This document shows, piece after piece, positions 35,007 to 43,256 of a stretch of 43,256 nucleotides of DNA (position 1 is its first letter; the number at the start of each line of letters is the position of its first letter). The notes below the pieces were generated by a model. It was not told the origin of the DNA and searched no databases. It worked only from the letters and a program-made list of their open reading frames with translations. The stretch is from the NCBI GenBank assembly GCA_964601115.1, contig CAZRLX010000002.1, positions 1 to 43,256 on the forward strand. The letters are read 5' to 3'. Made by a program: the position numbers and the translations under genes. Source of the DNA: an uncultured Chthoniobacter sp. (GTDB taxonomy: Bacteria; Verrucomicrobiota; Verrucomicrobiia; Chthoniobacterales; Terrimicrobiaceae).

Positions 35007-36251
35007 TTAGACGAGGAGAGTGGCCGGGGTCTCGAGCATTTTGCGGACGGTGGCGAGGTATTCGGCGCCGAGAGCGCCATCCACCACACGGTGGTCGCCG
35101 CTGAGGGAGATCGCCATGCGCTGGCCGGCGATGATCTGGTCGTTCGGGCCGACGACAGGTTTTTTGACGATGGCTCCGACAGCGAGAATGAGCGATTGGG
35201 GCGGGTTGATGATGGCGTAGAAGCTGTCCACGCCGTAGGCACCGAGGTTCGAGACGGTGAGGGTGCCGCCGGTGTAGTCCTCGGGCTTGAGTTTTTTTCC
35301 TCGGGCACGTGTGGCGAGGTCCTTGACGGCGGCGCTGAGGGCGCGGATCGAGAGTTTGTCGGCGTCGCGCACCACAGGGGTCACGAGTCCGTCCTCGACG
35401 GCGATGGCCACCGAGAGGTGGACGCCGGCGTATTCGACAATCGCGTCGCCAGCGAAGGCGGCGTTGACTTTCGGATGGGCGGCGGCTGCCCGGGCGGCGG
35501 CGAGAAGAACGAAATCGTTGACGGTGATCTTGGGTGCGCCAGTGGACTCGGCGGCTGCATTGATGTCCTTGCGGAGTTTGGCGAGCGGTGCGGCATCCAC
35601 CTCCATGGTGAGATAGAAATGCGGAATCTGCGTTTTGCTGGCCAGGAGGCGCTCGGCAATGGTGCGGCGCATGCCCGAAAGCGGAACCTTCTTGTCGGCG
35701 TCCGACATGGGCACGTCGATCTTCACAGCGGCAGGGGCTGCCTGAGTGGAGCGGCCTGCGGCGGGGGCGTTGTCAAGGTCGGCGGCAAGGATGCGGCCGC
35801 CGGGGCCGGAGCCTTGAAGGCGGGAGAGGTCGATGCCGCGCTCGGTGGCGATTTTTTTGGCAAGCGGAGAGGCTTTGACGCGCGACCCGTCCGCCAAGGG
35901 GCGTGGTGTCGGGCGCGGGGATGCGGGGGCGAGAGAGGATCTGCGTGGAGTCGGGGCTGCGGAAGTCTGGGCGGGGGCGCTCGGAGTCGATGATGCCGCC
36001 GCTGCGGGAGCTTTGCCGCCGTTGTCCAGCATGGCGATGGGTTCGCCGACCTTCACCACACCACCGGCGGGAATGACGATTTCGCCGAGAATTCCCTCAT
36101 CGAAGGCCTCCATTTCCATGGTGGCCTTGTCGGTTTCGACATCCGCGATGACGTCACCAAGGGAGATTTTGTCACCGGGTTTCTTGTGCCATTTAACGAG
36201 TGTGCCCTCGAGCATGGTGTCGCTCAGCTTGGGCATGGTGATTGGAGTCAT
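35007..36251 (-). CDS. pdhC: dihydrolipoamide acetyltransferase (E2 of a pyruvate/acetoin-type 2-oxoacid dehydrogenase complex)
   Basis: The start is ATG 36249-36251. It has a single lipoyl domain (VETDKATMEMEA), a Pro/Ala linker, a peripheral-subunit-binding domain (ASPLAKKIATERGIDLSRLQGSGPGGRI) and a catalytic domain (DHRVVDGA). Length is 414 aa. Confidence 0.9.
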   Translation of the reverse strand: MTPITMPKLSDTMLEGTLVKWHKKPGDKISLGDVIADVETDKATMEMEAFDEGILGEIVIPAGGVVKVGEPIAMLDNGGKAPAAAASSTPSAPAQTSAAPTPRRSSLAPASPRPTPRPLADGSRVKASPLAKKIATERGIDLSRLQGSGPGGRILAADLDNAPAAGRSTQAAPAAVKIDVPMSDADKKVPLSGMRRTIAERLLASKTQIPHFYLTMEVDAAPLAKLRKDINAAAESTGAPKITVNDFVLLAAARAAAAHPKVNAAFAGDAIVEYAGVHLSVAIAVEDGLVTPVVRDADKLSIRALSAAVKDLATRARGKKLKPEDYTGGTLTVSNLGAYGVDSFYAIINPPQSLILAVGAIVKKPVVGPNDQIIAGQRMAISLSGDHRVVDGALGAEYLATVRKMLETPATLLV

Positions 36252-36277
36252 ACTGGAATGGGTGCTTGGTTTGGTGG

Positions 36278-37252
36278 TCAGCAAATGAGGAGCGCCTTTT
36301 CGATGACGCGGTCGGGAGTGGGGAGTTGGATTTTTTCGAGTTCCGGCGAGTAGATGGCGGGAGCGTCGAGCGAGCAAACGCGCTGCACGGGGGCGTCGAG
36401 TTCGTCGAAGATTTGCTCTTGGATCGTTGCCGCGATTTGGGCCGAGACGCCGCAGAACGGCTTGTTCTCGTCCACGAGAACGGCGCGGTGGGTTTTCGAG
36501 ACGCTGCGGAGGATGGCCTCCTCGTCCAGCGGACGGATCGAGCGGAGATCGACGACTTCGGCGTTGATGCCGTGTTCGGCTGCGAGGATTTCGGCGGCTT
36601 TGAGTGCCGTGATGACCGCGCGGCCGTGGGCGATGAGAGAGATGTCGGTGCCCTCGCGTTTAATGTCCGCGACACCGAGTGGGATGAGGTATTCCTCTTC
36701 TGGAACCTCCCAAGATTCGCCGTAGAGAAGTGTGTTTTCCATGACGCAGACAGGGTCGTTGTCACGGATGGCGGTTTTCATGAGGCCTTTGGCATCGTAG
36801 GCGGTGGCGGGGCAGACGACTTTGAGTCCGGGGGTGTTCGCGATGAAATTCTCGGGCGTGTGAGAGTGGGTGGCTCCAACGTTGGTGCCGCCGTTTGCGG
36901 GGCCGCGGATGACGATCGGGCAATTGATGAGGCCGCCGCTCATGTAGCGGACCTGGCCGGCGTTGTTGATGATCTGGTCCCATGCGACATAGGCGAAGCT
37001 CCAGAACATGAGTTCCATGACCGGACGGATGCCGAGCATCGAGGCGCCGACGCCCATGCCGATGAAGCCCGCCTCGCTGATGGGAGTGTCGACTACGCGT
37101 TTGTCACCGAAGCGCTCCCAGAGGCCCTCTGTGACCTTATAGGCGCCATTGTATTGGGCGACTTCCTCTCCCATGATGACGACGTTCTCGTCGCGGATGA
37201 TTTCCTCAGCGAGGGCGTCGTTGAGGGCTTTGCGGTAGGTGATCAGTGGCAT
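36278..37252 (-). CDS. pdhB: pyruvate dehydrogenase E1 component beta subunit
   Basis: 324 aa. The sequence includes MPLITYRKALNDALAEEIIRDENVVIMGEEVAQYNGAYKVTEGL and RVVDTPISEAGF. Confidence 0.92.
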   Translation of the reverse strand: MPLITYRKALNDALAEEIIRDENVVIMGEEVAQYNGAYKVTEGLWERFGDKRVVDTPISEAGFIGMGVGASMLGIRPVMELMFWSFAYVAWDQIINNAGQVRYMSGGLINCPIVIRGPANGGTNVGATHSHTPENFIANTPGLKVVCPATAYDAKGLMKTAIRDNDPVCVMENTLLYGESWEVPEEEYLIPLGVADIKREGTDISLIAHGRAVITALKAAEILAAEHGINAEVVDLRSIRPLDEEAILRSVSKTHRAVLVDENKPFCGVSAQIAATIQEQIFDELDAPVQRVCSLDAPAIYSPELEKIQLPTPDRVIEKALLIC

Positions 37253-37316
37253 GGTGTGTGGGTGTGTCGTTGCGAAAACAAATCGAGAAACCGGCGCTGC
37301 GGTTCCTGCGAAATTC

Positions 37317-38429
37317 CTAATCTCCGAAGAAGTGGCGACCGGTCATGCCGGCATCGGTTTGTTTGTCCACTTCCCAGTAGACGTCCTCAAAGATCGATTC
37401 GGGTGCCGGGAACGGGCTGTCGATGGCGAATTGGGCTGCCTTGGAGGCTTCCGCTTTGACCATGTCATCGATCGCCTCGATTTTTTCCTCGGTGATGACG
37501 CCTTCCTCCACGAGGCGTTTGCGCCAGAGGCGGATCGGGTCGTGGTGGTTTTTGTAGCGTTCGATTTCCTCCGGCGAGCGGTATTTCTTGGCGTTCGCGT
37601 CGGCGACCGAGTGGCCGTAGTAGCGGTAGGTGTCGATTTCGAGGACGGTGGGGAGCGAGTGTTCGTGGGCGCGGCGCATGGCGCTGTCCGTTTTTGCGCG
37701 CACTTCATAGAGGTCCTCGCCGTTGGCGATATCCCAGACGATGCCGTATCCGTCGGCACGTTCGGCGAGGCAGTTTCTCATGGCCGAGGAGCGCTCGAGG
37801 GTGGTGCCCATGGAGTATTTGTTGTTCTCGATGATGTAGACGACCGGGAGTTTCCAGAGGGCGGCGAGGTTGAGCGACTCATGGTAGGCACCCTGGTTCA
37901 CCGCACCGTCTCCCATGAAGCAGAGGGCGGCCCCTTTTTTGTTTTGATATTTGAGGGCGTAGGCGAGGCCGAGGCCGAGGGGGGTCTGACCGCCGACGAT
38001 GCCGTGGCCGCCCCAATAGTTTTTGTCCGGGGCGAAGTAGTGCATCGAGCCGCCCTTGCCGCGCGAACAGCCGGTCGCCTTGCCGAAGAGTTCCGCCATG
38101 CATTCATCCATGCCCATGCCCACGGCGAGAGCGTGTCCGTGGTCGCGGTAGGCGGTGATGACGTGGTCGTTTTTCCCCATGAGGGAAACGGTGCCCACGG
38201 CGACGGATTCCTGACCGATGTAGAGGTGCAAAAAACCTCCCATAAGTCCCTGATTGTAATACTTCAACGCCGTCTGCTCGAAGCGCCGGATCCGCAACAT
38301 TTCCTTGAGGAAATGAATCTTTTGCTGAGGGGTGAGTGAGGCGTTGATGCGGGCTTGGGCGAAGTCTGCAGGATCAACGGCGACATCTTCATCGGTGGCA
38401 CTCGTCATGGATCGTGATTTATGAGGCAT
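37317..38429 (-). CDS. pdhA: pyruvate dehydrogenase E1 component alpha subunit (ThDP-binding)
   Basis: 370 aa. Motifs are GFLHLYIGQE, GKGGSMH and the ThDP motif GDGAVNQGAYHESLNLAALWKLPVVYIIENN. ATG 38406-38408 is an alternative start. Confidence 0.9.
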   Translation of the reverse strand: MPHKSRSMTSATDEDVAVDPADFAQARINASLTPQQKIHFLKEMLRIRRFEQTALKYYNQGLMGGFLHLYIGQESVAVGTVSLMGKNDHVITAYRDHGHALAVGMGMDECMAELFGKATGCSRGKGGSMHYFAPDKNYWGGHGIVGGQTPLGLGLAYALKYQNKKGAALCFMGDGAVNQGAYHESLNLAALWKLPVVYIIENNKYSMGTTLERSSAMRNCLAERADGYGIVWDIANGEDLYEVRAKTDSAMRRAHEHSLPTVLEIDTYRYYGHSVADANAKKYRSPEEIERYKNHHDPIRLWRKRLVEEGVITEEKIEAIDDMVKAEASKAAQFAIDSPFPAPESIFEDVYWEVDKQTDAGMTGRHFFGD

Positions 38430-38546
38430 TGAGTTGGTGAAATGGTCGCACCGGCTGGATCGACCGGCGGGGAGTTTCTCTCAAGTTAAGACAGGTTGGC
38501 AATGCAGAAATCCGTGGCTGCGTGGAGGTGGTTTTGGCCGGAAGGT

Positions 38547-39908
38547 TCAGGAGATTTTCTCGAGGAGGTAGGATTTGAGGTCGGCGATGGCGATGCGTTC
38601 CTGTTGCATCGAATCGCGGTGGCGGAGGGTGACGGTGTCCTGTTTTTCAGGGCCGTTTTCGCCGATGGTGTCGAAGTCGATGGTGACACAGAACGGTGTG
38701 CCCGCCTCGTCCTGGCGGCGGTAGCGCCGGCCGATGGCACCGGCCTCGTCGTAGAAGACATTCATGAGCGGGCGGAGCGAGGCGGCGATCTCCTTGGCCT
38801 TCTCGACAAGCGGGGGCTTGTTTTTGAGGAGGGGGAAGACGCCGCATTTGACCGGAGCCATGCGGGGATGGAAACGGAGGACGGTGCGGATCTCGGAGTT
38901 TCCCTTCTCGTCGGTGACGGTCTCCTCGTCGAAGGCCTCGCAGATGAGGGCGAGGGTGGTGCGGTCCACGCCCGCGCTGGGTTCCACGACGTGGGGCACA
39001 AAGCGTTCCTTGGTCGCCTCGTCGTAGTAATCAAGGGGCTTGCCCGAGTGCTCGATGTGTTTCGAGAGGTCGTAGTCGGTGCGGTAGGCGATGCCTTCGA
39101 GTTCGCTGACGCCGAAGGGGAACTCGTATTCGAGGTCGTAGGTTTTTTTCGAATAGAACGCGCGGTCGCCGTCCGGGATGTCGACCACGTGGATTTTCGA
39201 GCGGGGGATGCCGATGTCCTCGTAGAATTTGAGGCGTTGCTCGAGCCAGTAGTCGGTGAGGGCCATGCCATCCTCCGGGCGGCAGAAATACTCGATTTCC
39301 ATCTGCTCGAATTCGCGCGAGCGGAAGGTGTAGTTGCGGGGATTGATCTCGTTGCGGAAGGCTTTTCCGATTTGGGCGATGCCGAAGGGGAGTTTCTGGC
39401 GCGAGGTGTCGAGGACGTTGCGGAAGTTCACGAAGATCGCCTGCGCGGTCTCCGGGCGAAGGTAGACGAGGTTGTCTTCACTCTCCAGAGGACCAGCGTG
39501 TGATTTGAACATAAGGTTGAAATCGCGGGGTTCGGTGAGCGCGCGACCACCGCAGTTCGGGCAGTATTTTTCACCATTCTTCTCGGGGAGTTGATCGGCG
39601 CGGTGGCGCGCATGGCACGCTTTGCAGTCGACCATCGGATCGCTAAAGGTCTCCTCGTGACCCGAGGCTTGCCAGATCGCGCGGTTCATGATGATCGATC
39701 CGTCCATGCCCTCCATGTCGTCGCGTTCGCGGACATTGCGGCGCCACCAGAAATCCTTGAGGTTTTTTTTGAGTTCCACGCCCAGCGGGCCGTAGTCCCA
39801 GAATCCGTTGATGCCGCCGTAGATTTCTGAGGATTGAAAAATGAACCCGCGCCTTTTGCAGAGGCTGACGATTTTTTCCATTCGGGTGGTAGAGGCGTCC
39901 TTCGACAT
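38547..39908 (-). CDS. glyQS: glycine--tRNA ligase (homodimeric alpha2 type)
   Basis: 453 aa. The N-terminus is RRGFIFQSSEIYGGINGFWDYGPLGVELKKN. Class II motifs and a C-terminal anticodon-binding domain are present. Confidence 0.95.
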   Translation of the reverse strand: MSKDASTTRMEKIVSLCKRRGFIFQSSEIYGGINGFWDYGPLGVELKKNLKDFWWRRNVRERDDMEGMDGSIIMNRAIWQASGHEETFSDPMVDCKACHARHRADQLPEKNGEKYCPNCGGRALTEPRDFNLMFKSHAGPLESEDNLVYLRPETAQAIFVNFRNVLDTSRQKLPFGIAQIGKAFRNEINPRNYTFRSREFEQMEIEYFCRPEDGMALTDYWLEQRLKFYEDIGIPRSKIHVVDIPDGDRAFYSKKTYDLEYEFPFGVSELEGIAYRTDYDLSKHIEHSGKPLDYYDEATKERFVPHVVEPSAGVDRTTLALICEAFDEETVTDEKGNSEIRTVLRFHPRMAPVKCGVFPLLKNKPPLVEKAKEIAASLRPLMNVFYDEAGAIGRRYRRQDEAGTPFCVTIDFDTIGENGPEKQDTVTLRHRDSMQQERIAIADLKSYLLEKIS

Positions 39909-39942
39909 AGGGCGCGCATGAAAGCGGAGCGGGGCGGACGCG

Positions 39943-40941
39943 TCAACGCGGCAGGTTCGCGGTGATGTCGCGGATCAGCGCGGGGCCGTGGTAGACAAAG
40001 CCTGTGTAGAGTTGGACGAGGTTTGCGCCCGCCTCGAGTTTCTCGCGGGCCGACGTGGCATCCATGATGCCGCCCGAGGCGATGATCGGAAGCGAGGTGG
40101 ATTCGCGGAGGGTGCGGATGACCTCTGTCGAGCGCGTGCGGAGCGGGGCGCCGCTGAGGCCGCCGGCGGTGTCCTGGTCTTTCGTCAGCGGCGAGTGGTC
40201 GAGTGTTGTGTTTGTGGCGATGAGGCCTGCGAGGCCCTCGCTGTCGGCCATGGCGGCGATCTGACGGATGTCATCCTGCACGAGGTCCGGGGCGATTTTG
40301 ACGAGGAGGGGTTTCGTGGAGTCGATGGCTTTCAGCGTGCGAACGATCTCCGCCAGCGCGGCGGTGTCCTGGAGGGCGCGGAGGCCAGGGGTGTTCGGCG
40401 AGCTGACATTGACGACGAAGTAGTCGCCGTAGGGGAGGAGGAGGCGGAAGCTGGTGGCGTAGTCCGAGGCCGCTTGTTCGTTCGGTGTGAGTTTCGACTT
40501 GCCGATGTTAATGCCAACGGGGATGCGGGGCCATTTGCTGGAACCCTTCATGCGGCGCAGGCGGGCCTCCACGGCGCTGGCCCCCGCGTTGTTGAAGCCC
40601 ATGCGGTTGACGATCGCCTCGTGTTCCACGAAGCGGAAGCTTCTGGGTTTCGGGTTTCCTGGTTGCGCGAGGGCTGTGATGGTGCCGACTTCGACGAAGC
40701 CGAAGCCGAGGGCTTCCCAGGAGCGGAGGGCGCGGGCGTTCTTGTCCATGCCTGCGGCGAGGCCCACGGGGTTCGGAAAATCGAGGCCGAAGAGTCGCAC
40801 GGGAGCGTTCGGTAGCGGGCCGAATGCCGAGCGGAGGACGGCGCGCGAGGTGAGGCGCAGGCAAAGGATGGCGAGATTGTGGGCGGCCTCGGCGGGAAGG
40901 CTGAAGAGAAGCGGGCGCAGGAGCGCGGTGTAGGGATCCAT
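39943..40941 (-). CDS. pyrD: dihydroorotate dehydrogenase (quinone), class 2
   Basis: The start is ATG 40939-40941 (MDPYTALLRPLLF); the track start 40950 is TTG. Motifs are GLAAGMDKN, FGFVEVGTIT, GINIGKSK and SGGI. Confidence 0.92.
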   Translation of the reverse strand: MDPYTALLRPLLFSLPAEAAHNLAILCLRLTSRAVLRSAFGPLPNAPVRLFGLDFPNPVGLAAGMDKNARALRSWEALGFGFVEVGTITALAQPGNPKPRSFRFVEHEAIVNRMGFNNAGASAVEARLRRMKGSSKWPRIPVGINIGKSKLTPNEQAASDYATSFRLLLPYGDYFVVNVSSPNTPGLRALQDTAALAEIVRTLKAIDSTKPLLVKIAPDLVQDDIRQIAAMADSEGLAGLIATNTTLDHSPLTKDQDTAGGLSGAPLRTRSTEVIRTLRESTSLPIIASGGIMDATSAREKLEAGANLVQLYTGFVYHGPALIRDITANLPR

Positions 40942-41036
40942 TCGGGTCAAGGGTTACGGCGAAGGAGCGCGGTGCTCAAAACAAAAACGGGGGCGCGTTG
41001 ACGGAGCGGGCGGGGCTTTGGTAGGGGAGGTGGCCT

Positions 41037-41489
41037 ATGAGGAATATCATGCGAGCGGTTTTTGCCTGTGCGGCGGTGTTGGCGGTGGCGGGGTGTCTTG
41101 TGTCGCCGGTCGCGACAGCCGGCGGGATTGGCGCGGTGACGGTGCGGAATTCCAATCCGAACTCGATCATTGCGGCGTTGCAAAACGAGTTTTCGCAAAA
41201 CGGCTACACACTATTCGACTCGAACTACCCGGATTCCGTCTCGTTCGACAAACCGGCTGGAACGTTTGGAAATGCCATGTGGGGAAGTTACGGAGCGCCG
41301 CAGTCGATTCGTGTAAAAGTATCGATCGTGCCGATTCCCGGAACGACGAATTACCGACTCGAGCCGAGTGTGTCTTCGGTAACCGACGCCGGGGAAGCGG
41401 GGTTCGACCAGGAGCGTCCTCTTATTGGATTGTGGAATGCCGAGTTCGGGCCGTTGCTCAAACGCGCGGCAAGCCAGGCGTCGTTTTAA
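41037..41489 (+). CDS. hypothetical lipoprotein
   Basis: 150 aa. The signal peptide with lipobox is MRNIMRAVFACAAVLAVAGC. I recognise no family. Confidence 0.65.
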   Translation: MRNIMRAVFACAAVLAVAGCLVSPVATAGGIGAVTVRNSNPNSIIAALQNEFSQNGYTLFDSNYPDSVSFDKPAGTFGNAMWGSYGAPQSIRVKVSIVPIPGTTNYRLEPSVSSVTDAGEAGFDQERPLIGLWNAEFGPLLKRAASQASF

Positions 41490-41496
41490 GCGGTGA

Positions 41497-42624
41497 TCAG
41501 ACGCCGTGGCGGGAGTGCCAGTCCTTGTAGACGAATGGCGAGATTTCCGACGGCTTGATCTCGCTACGCCCGCCCCAGAAGACATTGGTGTAGGAAACGG
41601 GAATGCCCGCCTCGGCGAGGTGCTGGTCGATGGCCGCTTTGAATTGGAGGACGCGGTCCTTGTCGGTGCCGTGGGAGACGGCCATGATGTTCACGTTGTT
41701 GAATTCTGGTCCGCCCTCTCGCCAGTAGCAGTGGGTGAGGCACTCGTGGCGGCCGATCTGTGCGCCCGCCTCCTCCTCGCGGCCCTGTGGCACGGCCCAG
41801 TGGAAGAGGGCATTGAAGCGGGTCACGCGCACTCCTGTTTGTGAAGGTTTCACGTGTTCGAGGAATGTCGAAAAACGGCCAAGCAACTTGCGCTCGCGGA
41901 GCGACTCCGCCACGGCGAAAAACTCCTCGAGGCTGACGCCAGCATCCTCCGCGCGGCTGTTCCATGCCGGTTCGCGGATTTCCTCGGGAGCGAACTCTTT
42001 TTTAAGGGCAACGAGGATGCTCCACTCGTGGTCGGTGAGGTGCACGACGCCTGTTTTGAGCATGCGTGCGGGGGTCTCCGAGCGGTCGCCGGGTTCGAGC
42101 GTCTTGCGGCGGACATGGCCGACACCAAGCGCAAAGATGCCGCGGGCGGGCATGAGGCGGTAGGCTTCGGCGCCTGTAAGCTTCATGAGTAGGCGGCAAT
42201 GGTCGTCGAGGGATTGTCCAGCCGGCACCTTGAGCGTGGTCCAGAGTTTGTAGGCTTCGCCGGGAATCTTGGCATCCGTCGAGCGGATCACCACATGGCC
42301 GGAAAATGGATCCTGCTGGAACATGAAATCGAATGCCGCGTCGAGTTTGTCGGCGGGGACTTTCCAAGCCACCAGCGCCCCCTCGGCGAGGTTGGTGGCC
42401 AGAAGTGTCTGGCGGACGCGTCGGATCGTGCCCGCCTCGAGCATGGCACGAATCCTCTCCAGCACGACGGGAAGCGCGACACCGCTCAGACGTGAAATTT
42501 CCTGGAACGGTTCGCGGGAAAAACCGGAAATCTTGTCTTCGGAAACGGCAAGGATACTGGCGTTGACGGGGTCGTTGTGCTCGGTCGGAATCATAAAGAA
42601 GCGGGGACTTTTACGCATCGCCAT
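41497..42624 (-). CDS. fused two-module siroheme decarboxylase homologue (NirDL / AhbAB-like, Lrp/AsnC-type folds)
   Basis: 375 aa made of two tandem modules. Each module has an HTH-like segment (module 1: ISRLSGVALPVVLERIRAMLEAGTIRRV). Each also has an effector-like half: module 1 GALVAWKVP...FSGHVVIR and module 2 FNALFHWAVP...CLTHCYWR...NIMAVSHG. These resemble the VSHCYxR...MVHG pattern of AhbA/NirD proteins as I recall it. Confidence 0.6.
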   Translation of the reverse strand: MAMRKSPRFFMIPTEHNDPVNASILAVSEDKISGFSREPFQEISRLSGVALPVVLERIRAMLEAGTIRRVRQTLLATNLAEGALVAWKVPADKLDAAFDFMFQQDPFSGHVVIRSTDAKIPGEAYKLWTTLKVPAGQSLDDHCRLLMKLTGAEAYRLMPARGIFALGVGHVRRKTLEPGDRSETPARMLKTGVVHLTDHEWSILVALKKEFAPEEIREPAWNSRAEDAGVSLEEFFAVAESLRERKLLGRFSTFLEHVKPSQTGVRVTRFNALFHWAVPQGREEEAGAQIGRHECLTHCYWREGGPEFNNVNIMAVSHGTDKDRVLQFKAAIDQHLAEAGIPVSYTNVFWGGRSEIKPSEISPFVYKDWHSRHGV

Positions 42625-42649
42625 CCCCCCTGCAAGACGAGAGGGGGGG
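42625..42649 (-). promoter_or_regulatory. C6/G7 hairpin abutting the start codon of the siroheme-decarboxylase-like gene
   Basis: Read directly on the plus strand: CCCCCC (42625-42630), a 12-nt loop tgcaagacgaga, then GGGGGGG (42643-42649). On the mRNA strand the G-run sits immediately 5' of ATG 42622-42624. Confidence 0.3.
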
Positions 42650-42731
42650 AGGTTGCAAAGCAGTTAGGATGCAAGCTTACGATCGGCGGAGCTGAAGTCA
42701 GGATCGCAGGAGTGGCGCGGGGCGGAAGTGG

Positions 42732-43256
42732 TTACTTCACCCGTTTTTCGAACTCGTCGGGGAATTTTGCGAGGAAGCTTTGGGTGGGCCAGGAGCAGGC
42801 TTCGCCGAAGGCGCAGATGGTGCGGCCGGCGATGTTGTCGGCGATGTTTTTGAGGTTCTTGGCGTCGTCTGCCCGGCCGCCTTGTTCGATGATGCGGGTT
42901 GTGACCTTGGACATCCAGAGGCTGCCTTCGCGGCAGGGGGTGCATTGGCCGCAGCTTTCGTGGGCGTAGAACTGGTTCAGGTTGTTGAGTGCCCAGACCA
43001 TGTCGCGGGAGTCGTCCATGATCATGACACCGCCGCTGCCCACCATCGTGCCCGCGGCCTGGAGCGTGGCGGCATCCATGGTGAGGTCGAGGAGCGGGAC
43101 GTCCTTTTCAACCATGTTGCCATCGGGGCCCTTGGATTTGATTTTGAACACCTCGCCGGCGCGGAGGACTTTCGCGGAGCTGCCGCCGGGGATGACGGCT
43201 TTGAGTGACCGGCCGGGCTTGAGTCCGCCGCAGACGTCGTTGATGAGTTCGCCGAG
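42732..43256 (-). CDS. nuoF: NADH-quinone oxidoreductase subunit F (51-kDa flavoprotein), N-terminus outside the window
   Basis: The frame is open from position 43256 (LGELINDVCGGLKPGRSLKAVIPGGSS...). The N3 4Fe-4S motif ESCGQCTPCREG and a downstream ICAFGEA are present. The track's 43151 start is an internal GTG. Confidence 0.9.
   Translation of the reverse strand, partial: LGELINDVCGGLKPGRSLKAVIPGGSSAKVLRAGEVFKIKSKGPDGNMVEKDVPLLDLTMDAATLQAAGTMVGSGGVMIMDDSRDMVWALNNLNQFYAHESCGQCTPCREGSLWMSKVTTRIIEQGGRADDAKNLKNIADNIAGRTICAFGEACSWPTQSFLAKFPDEFEKRVK

Overview
This is a high-GC (roughly 60-65% by eye), very tightly packed bacterial chromosomal segment. The gene content suggests a Verrucomicrobiota/PVC-type organism, but that is a low-confidence inference. 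I support 45 protein-coding genes and one tRNA-Leu(CAG). Most are housekeeping: pyrF, ispE, metG, thiD, mpl, menG/ubiE, pfk, trpS, tolB-like, pheA, deoB/deoA, rnc, atpD/atpC, pdhABC, glyQS, pyrD and a nuoF fragment. Many of the long ORFs in the supplied track are antisense or N-terminally over-extended shadows typical of GC-rich DNA, and the track uses GTG/TTG starts, so I re-derived starts from the sequence. Two genes are absent from the track: an L,D-transpeptidase that runs off the left edge, and a 43-aa membrane microprotein wedged between two genes. I found no CRISPR array, transposase, integrase, rRNA or recognisable defence system. The most unusual locus is a secreted three-gene module at 22954-26812. 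It holds an active Deg/HtrA-type protease, a paralogue with all three catalytic residues replaced, and an SNase-HhH nuclease, chained by overlapping stop/start codons. The module converges on deoB/deoA. Lesser oddities are a fused siroheme-decarboxylase homologue beside nuoF, an NRAMP-fold transporter lacking the DPGN metal motif, atpDC detached from the other atp genes, a low-GC islet with an orphan gene beside the tRNA, and pervasive 4-nt gene overlaps. All functional calls rest on motif recognition by eye, with no database search.
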